The position numbers and the translations under genes are program-made. Shown piece by piece: positions 1 to 14,812 of a DNA stretch of 64,000 nt (positions within the stretch are counted from its first letter, which is position 1; the number at the start of each line of letters is the position of its first letter). This DNA comes from the human T2T-CHM13v2.0 reference genome, Homo sapiens. The notes beneath the pieces were generated by a model. It was not told where the DNA came from. It saw only the letters and a program-made list of their open reading frames with translations, and searched no databases. Location: the NCBI RefSeq assembly GCF_009914755.1, contig NC_060936.1; one strand, 5' to 3'.

Positions 1-2805
<2,805 letters not shown>

Positions 2806-2852
2806 ATAACTTGCTTCACTTTATAAAACTATCACCTGTCACGGGATTTGTC

Positions 2853-3091
2853 TTTTTTTTTTATTATTATACTTTAAGTTTTAGGGTACATGTGCACAAT
2901 GTGCAGGTTAGTTACATATGTATACATGTGCCATGCTGGTGCGCTGCACCCACTAACTCGTCATCTAGCATTAGGTATATCTCCCAATGCTATCCCTCCC
3001 CACTCCACCCACCCCACCACAGTCCCCAGAGTGTGATATTCCCCTTCCTGTGTCCATGTGATCTCATTGTTCAGTTCCCACCTATGAGTGA
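2853..3091 (-). mobile_element. Short 5'-truncated young L1 3' end (L1PA2-like)
   Basis: Poly-T plus tattatactttaagttttagggtacatgtgcac...; GAG rather than ACA at the Ta-diagnostic site. Confidence 0.9.
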
Positions 3092-3534
3092 AGGATTATG
3101 TGAGGGGGCCCCCAAAAGATTTTAACAAGGTTCATACAGTATTTTCTTGGTCTCAAATACTTATCTTTGGTCATAATAATGTTGCTATTCCTTTTAGTAT
3201 AGGAAAAGTGTCTTTCACGTGGGAATTTCACCTTTTGCTTTTAAGAAACAGCATAAAAGTAAAAATGATTTTCTTTTATATTTTCTGACTTTCCAGTGTT
3301 TTTACTTAAATAACCAGTATGCCAGAATGTTTGAGGAGTTTGGAAAGAATTTAGCTTAGAGAAAGATAAAGAGGAAGAATTAGAAGAGGAAAGCCCTGGA
3401 GAGGAAAGAGTCTCAGCTAGCTTTGAGGTAGTATTTTGTGGTGACGCAATCAATTGAGATTAAGATATAGGAGGCTTATTTGGAGTGCATAATTTTATAG
3501 CTGTGTTCTTTTAGTTTAGATTTAAGAATAGAGG

Positions 3535-3780
3535 TTTTTTTTTTTTGTTTTTTTTTTTCTGAGACAGAGTCTCTGTCGGGTTCACACCATTCTCCTGCCT
3601 CAGCCTCTCCGAGTAGCTGGGACTACAGGTGCCCGCCACCACGCCCGGCTAATTTTTTTTTTTTTTGTATTTTTAGTAGAGACGGGGTTTCATCGTGGTC
3701 TCTATCGCCTGACCTCGTGATCCGCCCGCCTCGGCCTCCCAAAGTGCTGGGATTATAAGCGTGAGCCACCGCGCCTGGCC
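3535..3780 (-). mobile_element. AluY (Yd-type) with internal deletion
   Basis: Alu body flanked by TSD taagaatagag (3523-3533 / 3781-3791); 12-bp left-arm deletion. Confidence 0.88.
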
Positions 3781-4399
3781 TAAGAATAGAGTGTTGAATG
3801 ATCTCTATAATATTTGAACATGCTACCAGCTAGAGTCACAAAAAATATCTTGGCATGCCTTTAAACTTTGAGAATCCATTTGTAACTACATTTATCTAGG
3901 TGATTAATTTATCTAGGTGATTTTGTTTAATGCCAAATACACAAAAGCCAATTAAATGCAAGCACTGATTATGAAAAAGCCGAATAAATCCAAGAAGGAA
4001 GATCAGCTGCCTTCTCCAACTGAAGGAAAAAATAAAAATGCTTTTGATGAGGCTTCAGCCTGAAAAGAGAAATCCCATCACCCAGACCTCACAGCTGAGC
4101 TCTGCCAGGAAGAAAATAGTCCTTCCTAACAGAAGATCTTCCAAGCAGAGGGAGAAAGAGGTCTCTGAAACAAGAAGAGGAAAGATTCCTCCTCATCCAA
4201 AATCCAGATAACACAGAAGCAAACTAAAATTTGGAGTTCAGTCCAAGAGATTCACCAGGGAGAAATGAGGCAACCTGCAGAAAAAGTGACCCCACTGTGT
4301 GAGTCAGTGAGCCCCAGTGTGAGTACATCATGCCCTAGCTCTGTGGGCCAGTGATTCTCCCCAAGCTGAGTCAGCTTTGGAACCCAGCTTGACACCAAG

Positions 4400-4867
4400 T
4401 AGGTCAAAATCAAAATAAAATATTGGGACAGATCTCTACACTTAAAATATTTTATTAGAGAGGTGAGAATTGTAATTTGGCATAAATGCGAGGACCAGGG
4501 GGTCTTTGGTTTGTCTAAAGCACAAAACGAAGGTTGGAGATGTTATTAAAAAAAAACAACAACAAAGTTACGTATTGTTTTGAAAGAAAGTTTATTGGCC
4601 CTAGTAAAGTTTTGAGGAGCTGGCAAGTTCTGATTGGTGTGTGACAGTGGTGGGTAAAACCAGTTTTGCAGTCACAGTAGGTTGTTTTAATAGCTGTTAG
4701 ATAAAACTGGTTTTAGGTTACAACAGGTAGTTTTAGCAACTAGGTTTGTAGAGAATTATATTTTGAAGCAATGCTGTGTGCCCTGAGTGCCTTTTTCCCC
4801 TGGCCTGTCTACCCTGTTTTAGTTGCATATGACAAGAATGACCCCATTTGTTTGATCAACTTGTACA
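4400..4867 (-). mobile_element. ERV1 LTR (MER67-like) with adjoining internal-sequence remnants at about 3100-4399
   Basis: Minus strand begins TGTACAAGTTGATCAAACAAATGGGGTCATTCTTGTCAT, carries AATAAA at 4451-4456 and is followed by a PBS-like TGGTGTCAAGCTGGG; family from recall. Confidence 0.65.
4591..4596 (-). terminator. Candidate distal poly(A) signal (AATAAA) of CLEC2B, inside an LTR
   Basis: tttatt on the plus strand about 920 nt downstream of the CLEC2B stop codon. Confidence 0.45.
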
Positions 4868-5257
4868 GATCAAAGAAAGTTTAATTTTCTTTTGGGTAAA
4901 GCCAGTTAGCAAACACATACGGTGTGTGATCTCCTCCTCACCTTCACTCTTAAAGCCCCACCCCCCTTTGTTTTGACAGATTTCAGTTCAGACTGAGTCC
5001 TAGTCTCTTTTCCCTATTGTAATAGTCTTGAATAAAATAGCCATTGTCCATATAACATTGTTCAGTGCCATTCTTGCTCTGTCAGGAGGTACTTCATCTT
5101 TCCATTTATGTCTTTGTGGACTCCCAGTTTCACATTTTGTTCAATAGGCCATAATCTCCTATTCTGGTACTCAAATTGTTCCATATTGGGTCATGAAAGT
5201 CCTGTCTAAGTGCTATGTCTGTCCTTGATCCCCACAATTGTTTTCTGGTTTACAGTT

Positions 5258-5328
5258 AAAAAAAGAAAGAAAGAAAGAAAGAAAGAGAAAGAAAGAAAGA
5301 GAGAGAGAGAAAGAAAGAAAGAAAAAAA
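5258..5328. repeat. (GAAA)n/(GA)n microsatellite downstream of the CLEC2B stop
   Basis: aaagaaagaaagaaag...gagagagaga seen directly. Confidence 0.9.
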
Positions 5329-5435
5329 CTCAGCAGAATACCTGTAACCATTTTTTGCCAATCTTTGAAGTGGCTTTTATGTGTAGCCTGACACGTAAGC
5401 AGAATTAACCAGACAGGTACAAAACTCGAACTTTG

Positions 5436-5441
5436 TTTAAT
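5436..5441 (-). terminator. Candidate proximal poly(A) signal (ATTAAA) of CLEC2B
   Basis: tttaat on the plus strand about 73 nt after the stop codon. Confidence 0.55.
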
Positions 5442-5513
5442 TAAAAAAGTACTTTGCTGGTTTTACACTTAATAATGTTATTTTCTATTTTCCCCATTAT
5501 CTTAGACATTAAC

Positions 5514-5622
5514 TTAGTGTATTCTTTTCCTGCAAATCCATTTTCTTTCGGTGTAACATCTAGCTGTTGCTGCACCATCATCGCTGAGGTAGGCACATCC
5601 TTCACTCCCTCTCATGCCAAAC
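5514..5622 (-). CDS. CLEC2B: CLEC2B exon 5 coding part (CTLD C-terminus, FGMRGSEGCAYLSDDGAATARCYTERKWICRKRIH*)
   Basis: Acceptor ttgcag|G at 5623/5622, phase 2; TAA at 5516-5514. Confidence 0.97.
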
Positions 5623-5867
5623 CTGCAACAAAGGGATTAACCATTATGTAGTCATGTGATTTCTTCCTTGCCCATGGACACCTTTAAACAAAAATTCTAC
5701 TTGTCTAAAGTGCTGCAAGGTGTACTATGGCACAGTTCTCTCTTGCTAGTGTTGAGATACCTATACCAATTTGGATCAAAAGAGTTTCTTTTCCAAGAAT
5801 TTGTACATGTTAAACTGGCATTAGGTTGGTTACATGTAATCAGTGGAGCTATCAGTTCGTATAAACC

Positions 5868-6088
5868 AATGGTTTTCAATTAGGGGTGATTTTGCTTCCA
5901 AACCAAGGGACACTTGACAGTATTTGGATTTTTTTTATTGTCTCAAGCGGAGGCAGAGGTGAGTAGGGTGGATAGTTTATCCAGGGGTGCTGCCAATGCC
6001 CTACAATGCACAAAGAAAAGTGCCCCTTTTCCACGACAGAGAGGTATTCAGTACAAAATATCAGTAGTGTTTCTATTGAGAAACTAAC
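5868..6088 (+). mobile_element. MER20-like hAT DNA transposon
   Basis: caatggttttcaa...ggggtgattttgc...gtagtgtttctattgagaaact; matches recalled MER20 layout and termini. Confidence 0.7.
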
Positions 6089-6594
6089 ATAAACTAAGTG
6101 GCTAAGTGACTGAGAGTCACCATTTGGGATGTGTACACACATTTTCCAAATTATAATGCTAAAGATATGAAGTCCAGGACAAACTGCATAACAGTGAAAT
6201 TGCAAATAAAATCAGATGAAAATGAACGTCAAATTGAAATTGAACTGTAAAAGACATCAGAAAATAGTCAACAAAAAGTTTAAAGAAGAGTCATATAATT
6301 GGACAGGATAGTTTATAATCAGAGAAAAGTTTAAATTGGGGTGGGGGGAGTTGTGTATATGAATCTCAGGTCTTTATTTTCAAAATAGCCAACTAGGAGA
6401 TCTGTTCCCTTACATCTTAATTTCCAACCTTCATGGTTGCCTCCTTACATGAATCTCAATATATATTCAATCCCCCCTCCATCTTTCTAACATGTGCAAA
6501 ACTCTTGGGCTCTAGAGAAATTTAGCTAAAGCATAAGTCCTAGAGAAGGCTGCACTATCTAAATTTAAGTGATCCCAGAAAAAAATAAACTCAC

Positions 6595-6698
6595 GATTTG
6601 GTAAATGTAGCTCCATCTACCCATTGTCCTGTTCGATTTTTTGCCATCTTCAGTCCAATCCAGTGATCAGAACTGCATTTATACCGCCTAAGAAAATT
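6595..6698 (-). CDS. CLEC2B: CLEC2B exon 4 (NFLRRYKCSSDHWIGLKMAKNRTGQWVDGATFTKS)
   Basis: aag|AAT acceptor, TC|gtgag donor; WIGL motif. Confidence 0.97.
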
Positions 6699-9687
6699 CT
6701 TTAGAGACAAAATTAATTTCAAAATCATACATGCCAATTTTTATGACAACCTACTGTGTACCTCTTGTTTCGTAGGTTGTGAAGTGCAAGGCAACAATTG
6801 TTCAACTCCTGGCCTCACTAGAAAATAGCTATGGAGTTTTGAAAAAGTACTTTATTTTTCCTCTGACCTTCAGTTTTTTTTGTGAAACAAATATGTTAGA
6901 TACATTTTCTTTAGATATGATTCCAAATTGATAAATGTTCAATTTGAATATCTATTCCTTCACAATTTTCAAACTGTAAGCTCCTAGAAAGACAAGTTTG
7001 AAATTGAGCTCTCGCACAGCATTTCCAATTACCACATATTTATTACACTATTTGTCCACTTCCCAGTAAATAGTAGTAGCTTCATTTTAGTGTTATGTTT
7101 TACTTCAGTTTATCTTCCCAAACTACATAGGTAAATACACACACATACACATCCTCATATATCCAGTTTCTTTAGAACCTAATTATCAAATTTTATTTTT
7201 CTGCTGAACATTTAAATTTCCAAATACATCATTCAGAAATAAATACAATGCTTTTTTTCCTGACATTTCTTCTTCTGATGCATTGTTTAACTTACCTCGA
7301 CCTTGCTTAACCCTCGACCTTTTTCTTTAATCATAGAATTACATGAGAAAGTCCTTGAGGCTACTCTGCTACTAAATAGCTTGGAAACTATATTCACACT
7401 GTATCACTCTACTTTTCAATTTAAGAGAAATATAAAGGAGGTAGGCCAGATCACACCACTATGGTCAAATCCTATCTACCCCAACAGTGACACCTGTGAC
7501 TTTTGACATTTCAATACACTATCTTCACAGCATTGCATAAACTAATTTGAAAAAAATAATTAGTTGGGCTAAGTTTTGGCTTTACAAATAAACAGATTAA
7601 TAAAAACATTGTCCTACATTCAAAGGCCTTCATTTACAGTGAGGAAAATAATGTAAACATAATGTTAGAAAATATTCTACTAGACATGGAAAAGTTATCA
7701 GTGTGATCAATACAATGTGAAATTGGAATTTACGGAAAAAAATATGAGTTTTTAAGGGAAACTTTGACACAGTATGTGCTCTAAGGGAAGAGTAGAATAT
7801 TCCGTGTAAATGCAGACGGCCAAGGAGAAGAGGGTAATTCATAGTCTAGACTCAGGAAAGGCTTCAGGAGAGAGCTTGACTGGTCTTGGTGACAGAGAAC
7901 TGGGAGATGTGTTTCCTAGTCCTGCTCTATGAAAAATGTTAACATTATTTGCTCAATAAAAGCTTGCCCCATTTTAGCCCCTTGTTAGAAGTGCAATAAT
8001 TCTAAATAGGTGGAAATAGATATAAAAATATTTTGTAAGACAAACTTTATCTCATATTATTTTGTAATTAAAATGCACATTTAAATTAAACTATTTTAAA
8101 TAATCGATTACAATTCTTATGTAAATTTCTTCTCCACTCCACAGACAGCTTTACTTCATTCTGTTTGTCACTTAAATTTTGCCAGTGTATGTAGTATATA
8201 ATAGTCATCCATGGTCTTCAAAATATATCAGGATATTTTATGATCAGTATTTTTTCTTCATCCAAACAGTACAAGCATTCTTCCCTGATACATTTGAAGA
8301 TTTCTCTTAAGTTCAAAACTAATTATTTTTATGTACTTCTGGTCTTCACATTCCATGATCCTCACTATTTATTTAGTCAATCTTTGCTGACAATATTCCT
8401 ATAGTGGACACATTTATTTTAATATTGATTGTCTTTACATTTCTTCATCTTTCATTTTATTAACACTCATTATTTTTCCATCTCACTGCTAGTTTAGCTT
8501 TCTTTCCCCCAAGAGGAACTGTAAGGAACAGTCAGAGTGTTTCTCAGAATGTTCATTTTCAAAAGTCTTGCAAAATTCAGCAGTGACGTTATTGACTACA
8601 GAAGCCCTTCCTATGATATTAAACTTGCACCTTAATTCTTGATTTGCAGTATCTACTCCTAATCCATCTAGCTTTCAACATTTTACTACCTTTTTTTCTT
8701 GCAAAATAGTTTTGTTTCCTTTCACTGACCTATAAATTGGCTCTGCCTGATTCACATGCATTTAAATTGGAACCAATCTTCAGGCAGATTGAGTAAATAA
8801 ACTTTGTTCACCACACGGGTAACACACAATTGTCTTTTAACAGTGTTGACTCTTGTGCTATTCTGCTTTTCATTGAAACACTTCTCAACAGCAAATTATT
8901 TGCAAAAAATATTTTTAATCAAGTTATATTACCTCTTATAATTTCTTTTCATTCTTAAAGAGACCAAACAAAGGTAAGTATGTTTACAATATAAATGACT
9001 AGGGGAAAGAACAAATTTCATGAATGTAGAGGTGCAGTTTTTCAATCCCTTGTTAAAGTTCTTGGAGAGCCTCTTTACTCATAGAGATTTTGTCATGTAA
9101 ATCAAAATTTATTCAACAAGGATCCATTAGACTTTTCATTTGTACCTGCTTTGTGCATAATGCTAAGGATAAAATTTCACAGAAGACATGGTATCTGCTC
9201 ACTGAAAACTTACACTCCGGTCTAGGAGGAAATTTTGATTTTCCTCTCTATTGCATTACTGGTAGAGAGTGTTCTAATGGAAGCTGCCACGGGACCTCAG
9301 AGACAGGCAGCAAAACAAAATGGAGAAGTCAGAGCAAAGTTTCTCTCAGGAAGTAGAATGCAGAATCCCCTCCTTCCTCAGACAATTCTCCTTTCTTGGT
9401 GGAGTATTGGCTCTTAAAACGTTTTCAAACATTATCAAGCTCTTCTGTGTACACTCTTTAAAATATAAAGATAGGTATTAAGTCTACTACTTGATGTTAG
9501 TCTTACATTCTTCAAACAAAGCATCACTAGGTGTTTCACCTTTATGTCACATGGCATACTCTGAACATCTTCAATTTTCTGCATAGATAGGCATGAGTGA
9601 AAAGACTTCAAGATTATAATGGTGTTTGAATATTTCTAATGCTCCGACTCAAGAAAATTCACAAAGAATGTATATTAAATTACTTAC

Positions 9688-9851
9688 CATTTCTTCTATG
9701 TTGTCAATTATAGTTAGGTCGGCATGTTGAGTGGAACAGTTGTATTTACTTGAATTCCAATCTCCTTCTTCTTTAGAGAAATAATAGCATTTGTTTTGGA
9801 AACCAATCCAATCATAGGGGCATAAACTCTGAGAATCTCGAGTTAGTTTAA
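9688..9851 (-). CDS. CLEC2B: CLEC2B exon 3 (stalk and CTLD start: KLTRDSQSLCPYDWIGFQNKCYYFS...IDNIEEM)
   Basis: ttccag|TT acceptor, ATG|gtaagt donor; CPxxW...KCYYFS motif. Confidence 0.97.
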
Positions 9852-9896
9852 CTGGAAATGAGACAAATATATATCTTAAGTACCATATAGAATAAT

Positions 9897-11305
9897 ATGC
9901 TACTGTGTTTTGAGATCACTGGACACAGGTTTTTGATGTAAAAGATTATGGTCACTATGAAAGTTGTATATCTATTATATGATAAGTTGAAAAAATTTTA
10001 TGTCTTTGTCATGTTAGGTCAAATGACAGTAGTTTAAGATTTATCAGGGCATTTCTTTCAACTTCAACTTCAGTGATACGTAGGCCTTCCAGGAGCCAAC
10101 AGAATTATTCTACTTGTGTAGGTTACCGTTACCATTTCTAGGTAAATGAATTAAAAGGAAATCCTAGCATTACCTAAGAGTAATACAAGTAATAATTTGT
10201 ATTAGTCACTAATGAATCTAAACACATGATTTAATCTACAAAGAAGCAACAAAAATAATAAAGCAAAATACAAAATAAGTTGGACTGCTTATTGTCAGCT
10301 AGGAATCACCATCACTGTATAGCTCCGGTTTAGCCAATGAATGGAACTAACATGAGATTTGGAAGGTGGAAGTAAAGCAGAAGATATAATTCCTGGAGAC
10401 CATGAGCATAGGAACTTCACAGGTCTTTCCATGTGTTCCCCTGTTGCAGTCTTGGCAGCTAGATATCTTAGCTTCTTAGACTTTCCTCCAAATGCATGAG
10501 TGCATTATGCCAATATTATTAGTGACCATTTCTCCTCCAGCTTGTAGCACAGCCCCAGCCTTGAGCTATGCATCACTTCCAGATCTTCCCACATTCATGT
10601 TATCCCTAATTTCTACATAAAAGCCTTATTCTCATAATATGTGTTTGTATTTTGGAACACACCCAGACTGAATCAGTTTTTGGCACCAAACATGATTCTA
10701 AGGAAACAGAACCTTGAGGATGAGATATGGTGTTAGTTTTTCAATATCATTCACTTTAAAGGCATTGATCCAACTACCAGTTATAAATAGAATGCTGATG
10801 GCAGTGGAGCATAGTAGCAAAATAATCAGTTAAATTATCACCTATAGTCATCTGCTGCCAAGAGTCTATAGAAGATAAAATTTTATATACATACACAGTG
10901 TGTATATATATATGTATATAGGTATGTGTACATATAAGGGTGTATATATACATATACACACATATGTGTATATATCTCTCTCATGTACTGTCTAATATAA
11001 ATTAGTGTTTGTGTTACTCTTAGATAATGCTAGGATTTCATTATAGTTCATTTACCCAGAAATGGTAAGGATGACCTTTACAAATAGAATAATTCTGGTG
11101 CCTTCAGGAAGATATATCACTGAAGTTGAAGTTGAAAGGAATATAAATGCCCTAATAAATCCTAAACTACTGTCATCTGACCTAACATGACAAGACATAA
11201 ATTTTTTTCAACCTGTTATATGATATACAAATTTTGCTGTGACCATAATCTTTTACATCAAAATCCTGTGTGTCTTCAATGTTCTTTCTCAAAACACAGT
11301 AGCAT
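9897..11305. repeat. Inverted repeat, arms 9897-10215 and 10981-11305
   Basis: Arms are reverse complements along their length, e.g. atgctactgtgttttgaga / tctcaaaacacagtagcat and tttcaacttcaacttcagtgata / tatcactgaagttgaagttgaaa. Confidence 0.92.
10290..10860 (+). mobile_element. Old ERVL LTR (LTR33/LTR16-like) plus start of internal sequence, inside the inverted-repeat spacer
   Basis: ggtttagccaatgaatggaac...gagatttggaaggtggaag; ...tggcaccaaacatgattctaaggaaacagaaccttgaggatg; family from recall. Confidence 0.5.
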
Positions 11306-14300
11306 CCAAACTTATGGGATTCAACTAAACTTGTGGGACACAGCAACTCCCTTAAAGCTTACAGGAAAATTTATTGGCTTAAGATTATGTTTTAGAAATG
11401 ATGAAAGACTTTTTGAAAAGATAATTATCCTACCTTACAAAGTTAATAATAGTGATAAATTAAAACCAAAGTAGAAAGACACAATTTAGAAAACAAAAAG
11501 AACAGAAATCAATTGAATAAAAAATTAATGCCAAATAGAAGAAAAGTTTAAAGTCATAAGATGACTTTTGTTGAATACTCTAAAACAGGATTGACCACTA
11601 GGAAAACTGATTTTAAAAAATGTAACTGTGAGAGATAAAAACACAAATTAGCAACACAAAGAATGAAAAAGTAGAGAAATTTCTAGAAGAACACAATTTA
11701 ACACAACTGACAAGATAAAAGCAGCATATCTAAATAACACTATATCTAGTTAAAAAATTAAATCTTTAACTTAAAAAATTGCACAAAAAGAAATCTCCCT
11801 GTCCAGATGGCTTCAATTAGAAATACTTCTAATCGTTTAGGAAAGGCATAACACCAACGTTATACACACTCTTTCAGAAAATAGGATAGGAGGGAATACT
11901 TTCCAACCAAATTTTAGAAGCCATCATAATCACATCAATACCTGATAATAGTATTGAAAGAAAGAGAAACTATAGGTAGATCTTTTATGAAGACGTAGGA
12001 TATATGTGCATATATCTTAAAATACTATTCAGCTTAATTGAAGAATGTTAAAAGGTTAATAGGTTATGATCAAGTTGAATCTATCACAGAAATTGAAGAT
12101 TATCTTATCTCAATATTACAAAATCTGTGTAGTTCTACATATTAGCAGAGAAAAGAAAGTATCTCAATAGATCAAGATAAAGCATTTGATATTTTAAATT
12201 AAATTAAAGGGAAGTAAATAAAACACCTTTAATCTGATTAAGAATATCTGCAAATACTACTACTAAATTGGGAAATATTAAAAAAATTTTACTGATTTAA
12301 GAATGAGACAAACATGTAAGCTGTTACTACTTATACTCAACCTTATACTGGAAGTTATAGCCAGTAAAATAAGAGAATACAATGAATAAAAAAGGCATAA
12401 GGTTTCCAACAGAATAGGTAAAACAATTATTATTTTCAGATAATGTAAATTTTTACATAGAACTTGCAAAAGAAACTGAAGAAAATTTATGAAAATGAAT
12501 AGTTAACTATAGCAAATTTGTTATATGAGGCTTATATAGGTATATATTAAATTTATATAGATAATTTTTATAGGCCAGCAAGAGACTAAATAGGACAATA
12601 GTGTTAATGAAAATACTTCTATGCTAGTTACAATTGCATTATAGCGCATTGAGTCTTTAAAAAATTCTTAAAAGGATGTGTGTGAAATCTATTCTGAAAA
12701 CTAAAAAATTGCTGGCAGAAATTACGGAACACCGAATCAATATTTTAAATGTATGATTCAATATTAAGATAATGATTCCATGAAAATTGACTATGGTTTA
12801 ATGCAATCTCAATCAAAATTACAGATAATTTATATGGCAGCTTAAAGGATCTAAAATGCTCCAGGTAAACTTGAAGAATAAAAATAAAACTTTTAAAACA
12901 TTTAAACAACCAGACATCAAGACTTAATTATAAACCAACAGTATTGAGACAGAATGATATAGATACAAAGATAGATAAAATAGAGTAAATTAATGTAATA
13001 AAATTTTAGCAAAAATGACCTTCACCTACACAGTTGATTGATGACAAAGACCAACTGCAGTTGAGTAGGGAAAGTATAGTCTTTTTAATAAGTTATTTCA
13101 GGTTGAAAGATTAACTAAATGGGAAATAATGCATCCTAATATCTATCTCCTAAAATTTATAAAAATCAACTTCAAGAGGACTATATTTTGGAAAGTGAAA
13201 GGAAAATAGAAACCCTACAAAAATATTTTTATGTCTTTGAAGTAAAGTGAATTTCTTAGAATGAAAAATATAGTGACAATAGAGAAAGACACAATTACAC
13301 TACTTTAAAATTCAGAAGCTCTGTCGATTGAAAGACATGACACAGAGGGTAAACTTCAGCTTCATAGTTAAAGAAGATATTTGCAATACCTATAAACTAC
13401 AAAGAGTCTCATCTAGAATATTAAACAACTCTTATGAACCAAGCAGAAAAAGAGAGCTAACTTACTAAAATATGGGGAAAGTATTGAAACATTCCCATCA
13501 CAAAATATTACACCTAAATAAACAACAATTATGAAGGTACTGAACAGTATTGATCATCAGAAAAACGTCAATTAAAGCCCAAATCGGGTAACAACATGCA
13601 CTCACTGGAATGGCAAAAATTGATAAAACCAACAATAAAGTATTGACATGGCATGGAGCAATTGGAATTCTCATATACTTCTGCTGAGATTATCTACATT
13701 TTTGGTAAAATACACTTAAGCTAATCTATGCGTATTCTGTGCTTAATAATTCTTCTTATATCTCAAGTTATTTCCAGTATTCATTAAAAGACAAAAATAT
13801 AAAATTATACAGTTGTTCACAACCACCCAATTTGCAATAGTCAAAATGTAACACGATCCAAATGTTCATCAAAAGTGATACATAGCAGTGAATGCACTAT
13901 ACTAAACATCCGCTAATACAGCCTGAGGCCAACTCAGCTCACCTTCTGTTTTTGTACAACCACCAGGTAAAAATAATTTTTACATTTTAAAAAGAAATAA
14001 AGTAATCAAAATAATTAAAAATGAACAATATTTTGTGACATATAAAATTTTATAATATTTACATTTCCATGTTCAATTTTATTGACACACAGCCATGGTC
14101 AATGTCTATGCATTTTCTATGACTGTGTTTCTATGAAAAATTAAGTAGTTGCAGCAGAGACTGTATGGCTAACAAAGCATAAAATATTTACTATCTGGGT
14201 CTTTTTATAAAAAAAATTTCAACCTTTTTCCATAATAGTGAGTTAATGAACTTCTGCTACCTATGATGACATTGAAAAATCACACAAGCATAATGTTGAA

Positions 14301-14595
14301 TAAAAGGGAAAAGATACAAAGATACATGCAAATTGCATGACTGTATTTATGATACATGCAAATTGTATATTGTATTTTATATGTATTTAAATTTGATTAT
14401 ATTTATATAAAATTTTTTAGTAGGCAAAACTAAGCTATAGCAATAGAAGTCAAGATAGTGATTAACATAGGCAAGAAAGTGTTGAATAGAAGTGAGATTA
14501 TCAGGGTGAATAATTTTACCACAATAATTTTGGTATCTCTGATGCCTTACATAGGTCATGTAATTAATAAAATTTATTCATTTGTACCAATTAAA
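11306..14595 (+). mobile_element. Old L1M ORF2/3'UTR fragment in CLEC2B intron 2
   Basis: A-rich degraded ORF2 motifs (ccagatggcttca, tactggaagttatagccagt, ggagcaattggaattctcatatactt). Confidence 0.75.
13905..14228 (+). mobile_element. MER58B-like hAT-Charlie element nested in L1M
   Basis: ttttattgacacacagcca...agtagttgcagcagagactgtatggc...aaaatatttactatctgg. Confidence 0.75.
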
Positions 14596-14712
14596 TGTTA
14601 TCATGTATAATGGGAAGATAATGAGATACTGAGAAAAGATCATGACTGAGACAGAAAGGAATAGGATCACACATAGAAAGCCATGAAAAATAAAATGAAG
14701 GATGTAACTTAC

Positions 14713-14785
14713 CTATCAGAGTAATAATATTAGTTGTTATTAAAACACCAACAATTATAAAACACTTTTTATGTTTGGTCATCAT
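14713..14785 (-). CDS. CLEC2B: CLEC2B exon 2 coding part (start codon, short cytoplasmic tail, transmembrane segment)
   Basis: tttttcag|GT ATG ATG ACC; exon starts 14787, ATG at 14785; donor G|gtaag at 14713/14712. Confidence 0.97.
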
Positions 14786-14812
14786 ACCTGAAAAATAAAA
14801 ATAAAGACATTT

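Noticed and set aside
14321-14378. 30-bp direct duplication (gatacatgcaaattg...) in L1M, and a 17-bp one near 3890
   Set aside because: Ordinary slippage duplications in dead repeats
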